NCBI RefSeq assembly: GCF_006345805.1
Contig: NC_043011.1
Location: 63,376,464 to 63,440,463, forward strand
Reading direction: 5' to 3'
Source: Octopus sinensis
Lineage: Eukaryota
Length of the DNA stretch: 64,000 nt
Each line of letters starts with the position of its first letter. The first letter of the stretch is position 1. Made by a program: the position numbers and the translations under genes. Shown piece after piece: positions 25,282 through 37,232 of the stretch. The notes beneath the pieces were generated by a model. It ran no database searches and had not been told where the DNA came from. It was given only the letters and a program-made list of their open reading frames with translations.

Positions 25282-27559
25282 AATTATAGAACAACTAATT
25301 GGAACACACTGAGAAAAGTAAACTTGGAGATTAAGGAAATAATGTTTAAATAAGGAATTCAAATGAGAACGCAGCCGCTTAGCCCTAAACAACCTAGATT
25401 CATAGTGAAGGACCACAAACCGAATTTCTACACCAACCCAGCGTTAAGACTCATATGCCCTGCTAGTTCCGATATCGGGACCATCAGTAAGTATATTTTA
25501 GATAAATATATCCCTGGTTTAGTTAATAAGCTGAAGCTTAGCCTCTGGGCTAACTCCTCGCAGGTCATGAAGTGGTTCTCTTCCATCCCTAATAAGAACT
25601 GTACTAGGTTTATTCAGTTTGATATTGCTAGCTTCTACCCCTCGGTTAACCCTAGTGTACTAAATAAGGCCCTGTGGCATGCTCACAACAAGGCAGGCCT
25701 CACTAGAGAAGAAATTGATATTATTTTAGTTGCCAGAAAATCATTTATAAAGTTTGAAAATAAGTTGTGGATTCGTAAAGATACTCCCAACGAATTCGAT
25801 GTGCCTATGAGTAGTTCGGATAGCGCGCAGATAGCCGATTTGGTCGGAATCTATATTCTCTACGAATTATCCGACCAATTCCCGGACATCGCGGGCGGCC
25901 TGTATCGTGACGATTGTCTGTTTTACCTGCAAAACACCACGAACATAATCGTACAGAAAACTAAAAATAGGTTAGCTAGGTTCTTTAATAGAATGGGCAT
26001 GAATATAGTTTTTGATAATGAACTCACTAAGGCTAATTTCCTAGACGTCACACTAAACCTCCATAGTGATTCATACTGCCCTTACCATAAGCCTTCCACT
26101 AATTTAAAGTATGTCAGTGTCTTCTCCAATCATGCCAAAACTGTAACACAATTTGGTTAAAAACATCTCTCTAAGATTGTCTAATTTGTCCGCTAGTGTC
26201 GACATTTTTATGCAGAAAGCGGAATTTTATAACGCCGCACTATCCAAAGCCGGTTATAGGCAGAAGGTAGTATATATTGATCCAGCCCTTCCGATGCCAC
26301 CATTCGGTCATCAGGATAGGGCCGTCTATAATAACATTAATAATTTAAGTAGTGATGGGAGCGGGAGGAGTACTGGAGCAGGTACTTCTGGATTGAATTT
26401 AGGGAACATAGATAATTTACGTTTCGGGGGAGGTCATACTAAACCAAAACCTTTTATTCAACCTAGAATCACCCACCCTAATGTCAGAGCTAGCTCCCCG
26501 ACCCATCACAAAAATAGGAATAAACATATCTGGTTTGTAATTCCCTTTGGTAAGCAGATTAGAACTAATCTTCCCCTCCTGTTTCGCCAAGCCATTGCCA
26601 GTAACTTTCCCAGAAATTCCAAATATTACTCCACGGTTAATTCACATAAAGTTAGGATAGCTTTCTCCAACACAAAAAACCTTTCCCACATAATCGCCTC
26701 CCATAATAATAGGCTGCTTATTAAGACCCTATCACCATTGTCCGGAGTCGCAGCTCCGTCTAATTCCAGTTTAACGCGCAGTAGGAATAATAATAGTAGT
26801 AATAATAATAAAAGAGCCAGTACAGTGACTGGTAATCTCAGTACCAACCAGGGAGTAAATAATAGGATTAACGATAGAAGAAATGGTGATGTTAATAACG
26901 TTAGTAATGGCAATAGGGAGGAGAGCGCAGTTCGGGTCATTAATGTAGAGAGTCCTAATAGCAACTTTAGCAACGTTTCCGACAATAGTAGGTCCACGGA
27001 TACTAGCAATCACAGCGGTCTCAGTCATAGGGAATACACAGGGAATAGTCCGTTAATTAGTATTGATAATGAGGAGTATAATGTAGTAGGCGACCGCAGT
27101 TCTCACAGTCAATATAGTAACAGAAACGCAGTATTAATATCAGAAGCTAATCCCAATAGAATAATGTTCTTGTCTAGTAACTCCAAGATCAGAAATGCCA
27201 TTTACCAATGCAATGTTTACACGGATTCGGATGTCTACTCGTATGTCGGGCCCTCATCGTCAAAATTGGCCTTGAGAATATCGAACCATTTCGCAACTTT
27301 TCGCAACGTTAATAAATACCAAGCTACAGGACTTAGCAAACTTATCTGGCGTTTGAAGAACGCGAATTCAGTTTTTAGGCTGGAATGGTCGATTTTGTCG
27401 GTGGCCCTCCCGTTTGATAGGGGCAGAAGGATGTGTAATATTTGTAACTCTGAGCTTTTCCACATATTGTTCGCCAGAGGCCGTTTGGTAAACGGGCTTT
27501 TACAGACGGCTTTTCGATGTCCCCATTGGCGGCGTCATACTTATCTTACATATAAATGA
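25282..27559 (+). pseudogene. PLE RT plus GIY-YIG ORF, disrupted
   Basis: In-frame TAA at 25351-25353; frameshift near 26150 between track ORFs 25363-26160 and 26153-27559. Confidence 0.85.
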
Positions 27560-27800
27560 TACCTAAGACAATTAACACCTTGTTACCCTATTAAAATGAA
27601 AATAATTTTTGGAAAAAACTTTTTAAATAACCTCTGAATAACTCTTGCAAGGGGAAATTACTCCCATTAGGCGATTGGTCGGTTTTTTAGAAGCAAACGC
27701 TGGAATTATATACCCTCTTGATTCTTTGACGATGATAATTTTAGACAAGCAAGCCACAGACGGACACACGAACACAGAATTATTTCAGCCGCCTGACAGG

Positions 27801-28314
27801 CTTTTTTCAGCAGTGCTCATTATCTAGCGCCCCTCGCCAACAAACGGCGGCGCACACATAGGCTAGTATACACATACATGCTTTTAGGTAGGTATTGTCT
27901 CGCCCCTAAAAAATACACCCTGTATTCTTAAAATTTTCAGAACATTAGTTTTGGTCACACAGAACATCTCCACACCCCTTGTTCTCATTAATTCCTCACC
28001 TACTAGATTTGACCGCGGCCTGACCTGGATTTATTCCAACGGACCCTTTGTCGGCCCCCACCAACGTACATTGATAAACATTTTACCCATGGGCTCTTAA
28101 GTAGCGTCTTCGTTCGAATTGCTTTGCTGCGCCTCTGTTTTGTTTTGTTCTGACAACGTAATTCCTGTTTTTTCCTGAAGAGAAAGCTGCAATATGGTAT
28201 CCTTATTTAATCAGAATTTGGAAAATTGTGGCCTTTGAAACATGTGTAGAATGTAATAAAAGGAATTCTGTACAATCTTCGTTCAACTCCATTTCTTCCA
28301 TTCACTAATTATAT
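27801..28314 (+). repeat. Right terminal repeat (pLTR), 514 bp
   Basis: Pairs with 24765-25278. Confidence 0.95.
28160..28267 (+). ncRNA. Type I hammerhead ribozyme motif
   Basis: TTC-CTGAAGA (28175-81), 12-bp stem II with one mismatch, GAAA (28237-40), C-ATGT-GTA then GAA; distal AATTCCT/AGGAATT extends stem I. Confidence 0.7.
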
Positions 28315-28335
28315 ATGTATATATATATATATATA

Positions 28336-28725
28336 TACTAGCAGTATCGCCCGGCGTTGCTCAGGTTTGTAAGGGAAATAACTATAAAGCATTTTTAGAG
28401 AGTTATAGCCAAAAAATAGCAAAAAAATTGAAAAAAATTATGGTAAATTTTTTTTTGAGATTTAAAAAAGGTGGAGTTGCGTCCCCTAGACAGTTTATGG
28501 TTTGTGTTTCTAATTCTCGACCCCATGTCGAATTTATCGATTTTTTTCAGAACTGGGGGAACTTTTCAAAATTTTCGCTGCGTTAGTTTTGAATTATGAC
28601 ATTGGGCTATGTGTGTGTCAAGTTTCATCGGAATCGGTTGAAAGCCGTGGTCAGGGTGAGGCTACAAGCAAACAGACACACAGAAACACGCACAGACAAA
28701 CTGCCGTTTATATATAGATATATAT
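28336..28725 (+). mobile_element. Probable Helentron-associated non-autonomous element (HINE/DINE-like)
   Basis: TACTAGCAGTATCGCCCGGCGTTGCTC start, AAGTTTCATCGGAATCGG core, ACAGA-type microsatellite tail; family assigned from recall. Confidence 0.5.
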
Positions 28726-28858
28726 ATATATATAGGAATAAAAAATGGAGTCAACGCAGGTTTAAACAAGTATTTTTTCTTTCTACATATTGCTGCCCTG
28801 GTAACTATTCATTCATTTATCCGTGTTAATTGTTAACAAGGTAAAATACACTCATCTA

Positions 28859-28942
<84 letters not shown>

Positions 28943-28950
<8 letters not shown>

Positions 28951-29258
28951 AAACATTACGTTATATAATTAGGGTTCAGTAAAAAAATTTACGTTACCAC
29001 ACACCGAACATTTAGAAATAGCAGCCAAAAATTTTAGCTATTTCTCCTACTATAAGAAAAGTCTCCCAGACAGTGTATGTTCAAAAAAATACTTCTATAC
29101 CTACGTGAATTATTTTTTTTAGTATACATTGTCTGGGAGACTTTTCTTATAGTAGGAGAAATAGCTAAATTTTTGGCTGCTATTTCTAAATGTTCGGTGT
29201 GTGGTAACGTAAATTTTTTTACTGAACCCTAATTATATAACGTAATGTTTTATATATA
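28943..29258. repeat. Near-perfect palindrome (fold-back or MITE-like)
   Basis: Arms 28943-29078 and 29124-29258 with one substitution and one indel; 45-nt spacer; TA-repeat ends. Confidence 0.9.
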
Positions 29259-29339
29259 CCGTAAATGGTCTTTTTACATACTGAACAATACTTGGTTAGA
29301 TAATTAATTAATAATTAATTAATTTTACCCTATTATTAT

Positions 29340-29413
<74 letters not shown>

Positions 29414-30707
29414 CATATATATACATATATATATACACACATACTGGATTTTTCTTAGTTTACACTCACAAACATCTTTGGAATCGGGACCATAATTTCC
29501 ATGCAGTAGGACTGTAATTGCAACCGTGTTGTTCAAATGCATATTGTCCCTACGCAATAACATCCGCATATGTTTAAAACATTTCGTATTGCCATCATTT
29601 CATACCTTTCGAGTCTGTCACTAAAAGCCTTCCATGAAATTTTCTTCAGTTTTTCCCACTTTGGTTACATGGTAATTTGCGCCATAAGCGATTCTAGCAG
29701 TATTAATGTGTTGGGCAACATAGTCGTACAGATAGGAGATTGTGGCATTATATCATGCACACTGAAAATATATTCGTAGAATGTTACATAAATAACATCG
29801 ATTTTTTGAGCTTCATATAGAAGTAAAATTTTATGTCAGAGGAAAATATTTGTGAAAGACGTCAACATCATAAATCGGTCAACCTCCAGATATTCTTGAT
29901 TTTAATGCTTTTCACACAAACCTAGGATCTAACAAGTTCACTTTAGGGCTGCAAACAATAACGTCTAGCAATCTCCTTGCATCGACTTTGGAGAAGAAAT
30001 GAAAATTTAATGCAGTCGTTCTTGCTACAAATTTGTTGGCCAACATTTAAAAGATTAACGTTCGATTGTTACTCATTTCGTGACACTTCCACTCCCTTAC
30101 AGCTGAGATAGAATAAGAGGAAAATTTCTTTATATATCATTGATATTATTTAATAATGAGGAAGTTCAATTCTCAGGTTCAGAATATTCGTCACATTTCA
30201 CCAGACCTTGACAAAAATGTGTTGAAAAGTGTGTTTTCAGGAGAGGTATTTTTTGGTCCATTGAAACAAACCTGTAATTAGAAACGTAATATTTAAAAGA
30301 AAAGTAACTGATATCAATGAGCTTTCTCGTATTTGAACCCTCACATCTTGAATATAGTTGTTTGTTTTATTACCGCCCCATATCATTCGCCACTTGAAAA
30401 TAAATACGGGGGCTGCTTTCTTCTACAGAACCCTTAAAAGGGGGTACTTCAGCATGAACGCAGTCCTACGAACGTAACAAGCAAATATGAGAAAGGAACG
30501 CACATCTACATTAGTGTGCTAAATTTGCTGTACAGTTATTAAATATCACTCGCATTTTATATAATTTACTTAGTTTATATCGCAACAAGATTGTATTGGG
30601 AATTCAGCGATGTCATATATACATAATAATCAATGGTAAAATAGAGACATTTATGATAAAATTTCAATAATTACCGAATGTTAAACTCCTTCCATCTGCT
30701 TAATTTT

Positions 30708-30719
30708 TCAACGGACGCG
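30708..30719 (-). CDS. P3 putative exon 4 (RVR*)
   Basis: Conserved TTCGTTTCAG acceptor, phase 0; downstream sequence aligns with the P2 3' region. Confidence 0.5.
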   Translation of the reverse strand, partial: RVR

Positions 30720-31474
30720 CTGAAACGAATATTAGCATTGATATTAATACCCCCTATTCCAAGTTCATTAATTAACTCTAGAGATACTGTTATGAATTAG
30801 ATACAAGTTCATTATTCAAGTATTTACGTGCTAAGTTTCAACTGCCTGATATTATGAAGAATTAATCCAGATTCCTATCTCTATCTTTATCGCGTTTAAA
30901 TTTTGCATGATACTGTTTAGATCGAGATATAATGTAGATTTTTTTTATTGTTTGAGAAATTATAAAAATGGTACAATTGCAAGCGAAATATCGTAAAATG
31001 TGTTGCTTCGAATAGACACAGAAAATATGATCGCTGTTCCCGTATTGCCACTATATCACCGATTAGCTAACGTGTGTGTACCGAGTTAGAAACAAGAATC
31101 AGTACTATACGAGATCTAATTGACCAAACAATATAAGTGTACAGCATTTTGTTGTCGTGTGCAGTTGATTTAATGGAAGGCCAATATTTCAATGATAAAT
31201 ATTTAGGGACAACGGATAGGAATTTTAAAATTCCATGATGCCAGTGGACACTACACGTGTTACTAAGTCCATTATTTCATGGAACCTTTCTCTTGCAACA
31301 ACTAATAACCATATACATTACAAAAGATGACATGTTATGTATTTCAAATATGAACGTCAGTTGAATGAATAAGAAAAGTTAGTACGCTATCGTCTCATTG
31401 ATTTAACTAATGTAAGTGTCATTTATAATTAATTATGCAGAAACAATGTAAATTAAAATAATCAAAATAATTAC

Positions 31475-31565
31475 CAATAAGCATTGGTCAGTAAGCGTTT
31501 TGTGGAACGTGAAAGCACAATCACTACGAATGTCTCTTAGACAAAAATAATAATTAATCAAACGT
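31475..31565 (-). CDS. P3 exon 3 (RLINYYFCLRDIRSDCAFTFHKTLTDQCLL)
   Basis: TCTTTCAG acceptor, GTAATT donor, phase 2 start; Cys spacing identical to P2. Confidence 0.8.
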
Positions 31566-32489
31566 CTGAAAGATAAAGACAAGACGGTTTTCAGTTCGGA
31601 TATAAAATAATCGTTTATTAACATCATTTTCAAGAAATGGTAGAATCTTACTTCTCGGACTACGAAGCCTACCAAATATACGGTTCTTAATTCGGTGTTT
31701 GGCAGAGTGCTTACAAGTTCTTGGATATAAAGCAGTTACTGATTTACATTTAATCGAATTCTCTTGTAACGGAAAAATCATTGGTTTCCGTGCAAATATT
31801 TAATGCTTGGTTTAATGCGTGCAAAGCTGTTGATTTTAAAAAGGGAGACAACATATGGTACATTAGATGAAGTATTTTACAATAATAACTAAAGGCCGTG
31901 ATCTAATAGTAATTAATGATAACTTTACTCATCCCCCCGTAAGGTTTGGTATTTAAACAATTTCGAATGTTCAAAGCCATTACTATATTTAGACGTCCGA
32001 TGATGAGAAGGATTTTCCAACGGATGGAACATATAGATTTACGAACGGTACAGTTAAATTGTTTCACTTATTTATCTGTCAGCATGCTAGGAAAACGCCT
32101 TGTAAATGAAGGAATTGAATTCTGAAAGCCAAACAGAAACGATCGCTTATATTCGCTAGCTGAGTAGATTGGAGCAACGTGAAGATAAAAGATCTTGCTC
32201 AAGGACACCACTCTAAGTCTATGGCATTTTAAACTTTGAGATTAGGAGCCGAGTACACTAACCATTAAACCAAGATCCTTTCAGTGTACAAGTCATTTCG
32301 TAAATAATCATTCCCAATAAGAATCTGATCAAAGTAAAAATACAACCTCAATATAAGGATGATTTAATTGTCTGTCAGCACATTGTGATTTGTTCTGGTA
32401 CCATATGAGTATCAGCCATATGGTGAGAATAAATGACATTTAAAATAGTTCATTTAAAAACATAATTCTTAATAGTAATAATAAACATT

Positions 32490-33050
32490 TTATTTTTGCT
32501 GCGGTGGAAACGGTTTACAAGTAATTGTGTTCGACCCTATGGAAACATTTCGATTGCTTCAAATTAGTGAGCGCTCCCGCCATGCTAGTTTCTTTATCTA
32601 TCCTCTCTATGATGTAGCACGTGAGGCGAACTTTGTCGTGGATAGTAATATTTGGGGTGGTGCATGTCTGCGCTTCACTAACCAACTTATTGTTCATAAG
32701 TGGCAACCTCTTGGCTAACACCGTTTATACTTAGAATCTATATTCAGTAGAGTTATAGATCTAAACTTACCAAGTCTGTCCCGCTTAATCGGACCATTCT
32801 TTAACATCACCACCACTACATGGCTTATAGCACTGGGATTTCACCTATTCTGTTGCCAGTTTTGCTTGTCGTCAGCCAAGAGTATATCCATCAAGTCTGG
32901 CACATGGAAATAAACCTGGAAGGCTAGATCATCGCGCCCCAGAGGCTTCTTTGTTACCCAGCCTGTCGTCGCATCCCACAAGTCGTTATCAGCATTTCGT
33001 AGAATAGCGCATACCTAACTGAGAGGCGCGCCATGCTACTGAGATTCGAG
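32490..33050 (-). mobile_element. L1/Tx1-type RT fragment in P3 intron 2
   Basis: LAKRLPL...EAQTC...GALTNLKQSKCFHRVEH; paralog of 6140-7090. Confidence 0.75.
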
Positions 33051-33094
33051 ATGAAATTTCAAACCTGGTTTCTCATCCCTAAGGTATGATTCGA

Positions 33095-33138
<44 letters not shown>

Positions 33139-33140
<2 letters not shown>

Positions 33141-34455
33141 GAGTGAGAGAGCAGCGCATGCCATCAAAGTGAAACTGGGGTAAAATATACGAAGCCCAAT
33201 ATACCCATCATAACTACCAGTCTGATAAGGGTACACTAGGCACATGCATCACAACCATATGTGCGCGAAATGGTGATCTCATATCAAGATAAACAGCGCA
33301 TGACCTTGCGGGTGGGGCCTAGTTAGAATTTTCTTCTGGTCGAGTAGCCCACCTCGCTCAAAAGGTCACTGGATAAGGGTTGTTTAAGGATGTTGAGCAA
33401 AACACCTATGTTTCCAGAGGTGAATTATCCAAACACCAAAGAATTCCTCACAACACATGGCTATGATGCTCCCCCATTACTTCTGCTCGTGATCAGAGAT
33501 GCACGTATCGTCAGCCACTAAGGGACATGTTCAACTCGTAAAGGTTAAACAACTGACAAGCAAATCTGTGGTATTGAGCAGAATATTTGTTGTAGCCCAT
33601 CTTTTATACCAGCACAAAACAGTGTACATGGTAACACTTCCCAATCAGTAAAGATCAGAAGCCGCGAGAGCTACTGCATGATATTGCATTATTATAATTA
33701 ATATTATTATTATTATTATTATTGATAGAGAGAGCAGTTCATGCCATCAAAGTGACACTGGGGTAAAATATACAAAGCCCAATATACCCATCATGACTAC
33801 TCGTCTGATAAGGGTACACCAGGAACATGCATCACAACCATATTATTATTATTAGTATTATTAATATTCAGTAGTTTTCTTTTATTATTATTATTATTAT
33901 TGAGTGAGAGAGCAGTGCATGCCATCAAAGTGACACTGGGGTAAAATATACGAAGCCCAATATACCCATCATGACTACCCGTCTGATAAAGGTACACCAG
34001 GCACATGCATCACAACCATATGTGCGCGACATGGTGATCTCATATCAAGATAAACAGCACATGACCTTGCAGGTGGGGCCCAGTTAGAATTTTCTTCAGA
34101 TTGAGTAGCCCATCCCGCTCAAACGGTCCCTGAATAAGGGTTGTTTAAGGATGTTGAAAGAACCACCCATGTTTCCAGAGGTGAACTATTCAAACCCCAA
34201 AGAATCCCTCTCAACACATGGCTATGATGCTCCCCCACTACTTCTGCTCGTGATCAGAGATGCACATATTGTCAGCCACGAAGGGACATGCTCAACTGGT
34301 TAAGGTCAAACAACTGACAAGCAAATCTGTGGTATTGAGCAGAATATTTGCTGTAGCCCATCTTTTATACCAAGACAAAACAATGTACATGATAACACTT
34401 CCAATCAGTTAAGATCAGAAGCCATGAGAGCCACTGCCTGGTACTGCATCAGGGC

Positions 34456-34459
<4 letters not shown>
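33139..34459 (-). mobile_element. Three head-to-tail TAA-tailed retroposon copies (33139-33690, 33723-33838 partial, 33900-34459)
   Basis: Repeated TTGAGTGAGAGAGCAG...GGGCATTT unit separated by TTA tracts. Confidence 0.85.
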
Positions 34460-34526
<67 letters not shown>

Positions 34527-34545
34527 TATTATCATTATATTATTA

Positions 34546-34638
<93 letters not shown>

Positions 34639-35052
34639 TTCTGTAGTTTTATTTTTATAGCGTGCTTTCACTTCACTACCGAGCGCAGCTCTGTGTGCCT
34701 TGGGTAAGTGCTGTGATTTGTTGTGATGCTCTGATGTTTATTGTATGGAAAGTGTTCTGCTTAGGTTGTGTGCAGTGCCTAGTAGTGCAATTTTCTGTAT
34801 GTTATATGTGTTTGTAAGTCCTGGTGTTTTTGTTATGTATTTGTCTGAATAATTTTTTATCATGCCTAATGCACCTACTATGATAGGAATTGTTTCTGTT
34901 TTCAGATTCCACATTCTAGTTACCTCTATTTCCAGGTCTTTGTATTTTGAGAGTTTCTCCATTTCTTTTAGAGACACGTTGTCATCTGCCGGTATTGATA
35001 CATCAATTAGAAAGTATTTTTTTCTTCATGATCTCTGACAACTATATCTGGT
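34639..35052 (-). mobile_element. R4 family B 3' fragment
   Basis: KEMEKLSKYKDLEIEVTRMWNLK. Confidence 0.88.
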
Positions 35053-35056
35053 TACT

Positions 35057-35131
<75 letters not shown>

Positions 35132-35147
35132 GTTGTTGTTGTTATTA

Positions 35148-35230
<83 letters not shown>

Positions 35231-35232
<2 letters not shown>

Positions 35233-36640
35233 GTGGCTGCATCAATGGTTACTTCAGATATTGTTGGGTAGAAATAAAGAGAAGAAACAGGACGTAAAGA
35301 ACCATACTGGCGGAGACGAATATTTGAGAAGCAAAAACAGTTAAAAAGACATTTCGAATAAGTTGACAGATTGAGAAGAGAGGAATTGGAGTTCCAAAAT
35401 ATAAGAATAATGCTGGCAATTTCTTAGAGAACAAAAGATAAAGGTTACGATGTGATATTGGAGGAACTGAAACAGAGGATTGTTTCAATCAAGACAAAAC
35501 TGGAAATATTTGACAACAGAAATAAATCAGTCAGCGAAAAGAGTTGGACGCAAATAAGATGAAAGTCTTTGAGGAATTAGATGGGAAATGAGACGTAACA
35601 AATATACCTTTTGCAGAGGAAAGGAGGGCATTGTGGAGAAGGATGTGGGACCGAATTGTAGAAGATAAGGATGAAAGGGATTGGTTGTATGAAATGCAAG
35701 ATAGTTTAAGAAATATAGAAGTCCAAGAAGACATAAAGACAACTACAGAAATGATGAATTAACTGTTAATTAATTTCTGAAATTGGAAGATCCCAGGATC
35801 GGATGGTGCCCAAAGGTATTGGGTGAAGGAATTAAGAGGGCTGCATCAAAGATAGCACAATACCTAGATGAGTGCTTGCAGGAAGGCGCAGTACCCAGAT
35901 GAATGACAACGGGAAAGACATTGTCATGTGCTAAGGAGCCTGAAAAAAGAAACTTTGCATCGAACAGTATTCTAATAACATATTTTCCGCTAATTGGAAA
36001 GTAATTTTAGGTACTTTGGCCACATACCTGGAGGAAGTCAGGCCCTTACGCATTGAACAAAAAGAGTGCCGAAAAAATAACCAGGGAGTGAAGGATCAGC
36101 TCTTGATTGATAATCTAATTATCAGGAATTGCGAGAGAAGACATATAAACCTGAGCATGGCATAGGTTGACTATCGCAAAACATAAGATATGGTGCCACA
36201 CTCCTAGATTATAAGAACGATGGAAATGTATGGATTAGCAGAGAATATGAGAAGTCTTATATAGGATATCATGAAATATTAGAAAACTGAATTGATAGCA
36301 GAGAAGCAGTGACCAGGAGATGTGAAAATCAAGACAGGTATCTTCCAGGTGGACATTGTGTGACTTCTGATATTCAGGCCGGGAATGAGACTCTTGAGTG
36401 AAATACCACAGAAAACAATGTTGGGGTGTGATCTGGGAAGGGGTAAGGCAAAGGGAAACCTACTGTTATTCATGGACAACCTGAAGTTCTTCACTGAAGC
36501 AGATCTGGACAGTCTATTCCAGTCTGTGTGGATTTTCCCTAATTACATAAAGATAGAGTGGACTCTCAAAATCTCTTACGATGGTGATGAGATAATGTAT
36601 GCTTACCAGGACACAAGAAATATGGTTGACAATTAGTGAA
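35231..36640 (+). mobile_element. Decayed R4-like RT N-terminal region (family E)
   Basis: EPYWRRRI, EELKQRI and KDQLLID-like remnants; many stops. Confidence 0.7.
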
Positions 36641-36850
36641 ATGATGAAGGTATTTCAACCTCAATCTAGGGGCTTTTTCTGCAAAAACTAGCTCTCAATG
36701 CGGGTACCCAGCTAGTAACAAACAATTAAACAATGAGAACAAAATTTCGACAATTTGAGACTTAGAAATTTCAAAGACCTTCAGGAACTCCAAAACCTGC
36801 GATTTACCGCGAGTAACAACAACAACTACAATAATACTAATAATACGTAC

Positions 36851-36950
36851 AGGCATGTTGCACTAAGTTTTGCGTATGGCGGGATATTTCTATAATTACC
36901 CTTGCAAAAACTACCGGCCAATCTATCGCACTCGGATTGCGCAGCAGCAC
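36851..36950 (-). CDS. P3 exon 2 ((G)AAAQSECDRLAGSFCKGNYRNIPPYAKLSATC(L))
   Basis: TCTTTTAG acceptor, GTACGT donor, 100 nt, phase 1 to 2. Confidence 0.85.
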
Positions 36951-37190
36951 CTAAAAGATTTATTTAATTATTGATAATTAGTGTTACATATACTGGGTGT
37001 ATAATCATTATGTTTAAAAAAGAAAGCAAAAACAAAACAAAAATACGAAAGAGTTAATATAGAGCTAAATTAATATCCCCATGCACTTAGTAGGCAATTA
37101 TGATATGTGTTTCATGGTGGGGGACAAATACAAACCCACAATTATGCACACACCCACATATATAGTGACGACAAGCTTTGTATACACTCA

Positions 37191-37232
<42 letters not shown>

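Larger units (their letters stand above)
24765..28314 (+). mobile_element. Penelope-like element (Naiad-like by recalled motifs), 5'-truncated, with inverted terminal repeats
   Basis: RT motifs KDHK, FDIASFYP, YRDD; GIY-YIG motifs AIY...YVG, RISNH, CNICNSE; 514-bp inverted repeats. Confidence 0.9.

Noticed and set aside
25351-25353. Selenocysteine read-through, as reported for some Naiad elements
   Set aside because: The stop is TAA, not TGA.
29570-29780. Mariner/Tc1 C-terminal remnant (PQSP-like) on the - strand
   Set aside because: Similarity too weak to support a call.
33139-34459. CRISPR-like or satellite array
   Set aside because: Eukaryotic context; the units are ~560-bp dispersed retroposon copies, not repeat-spacer units.
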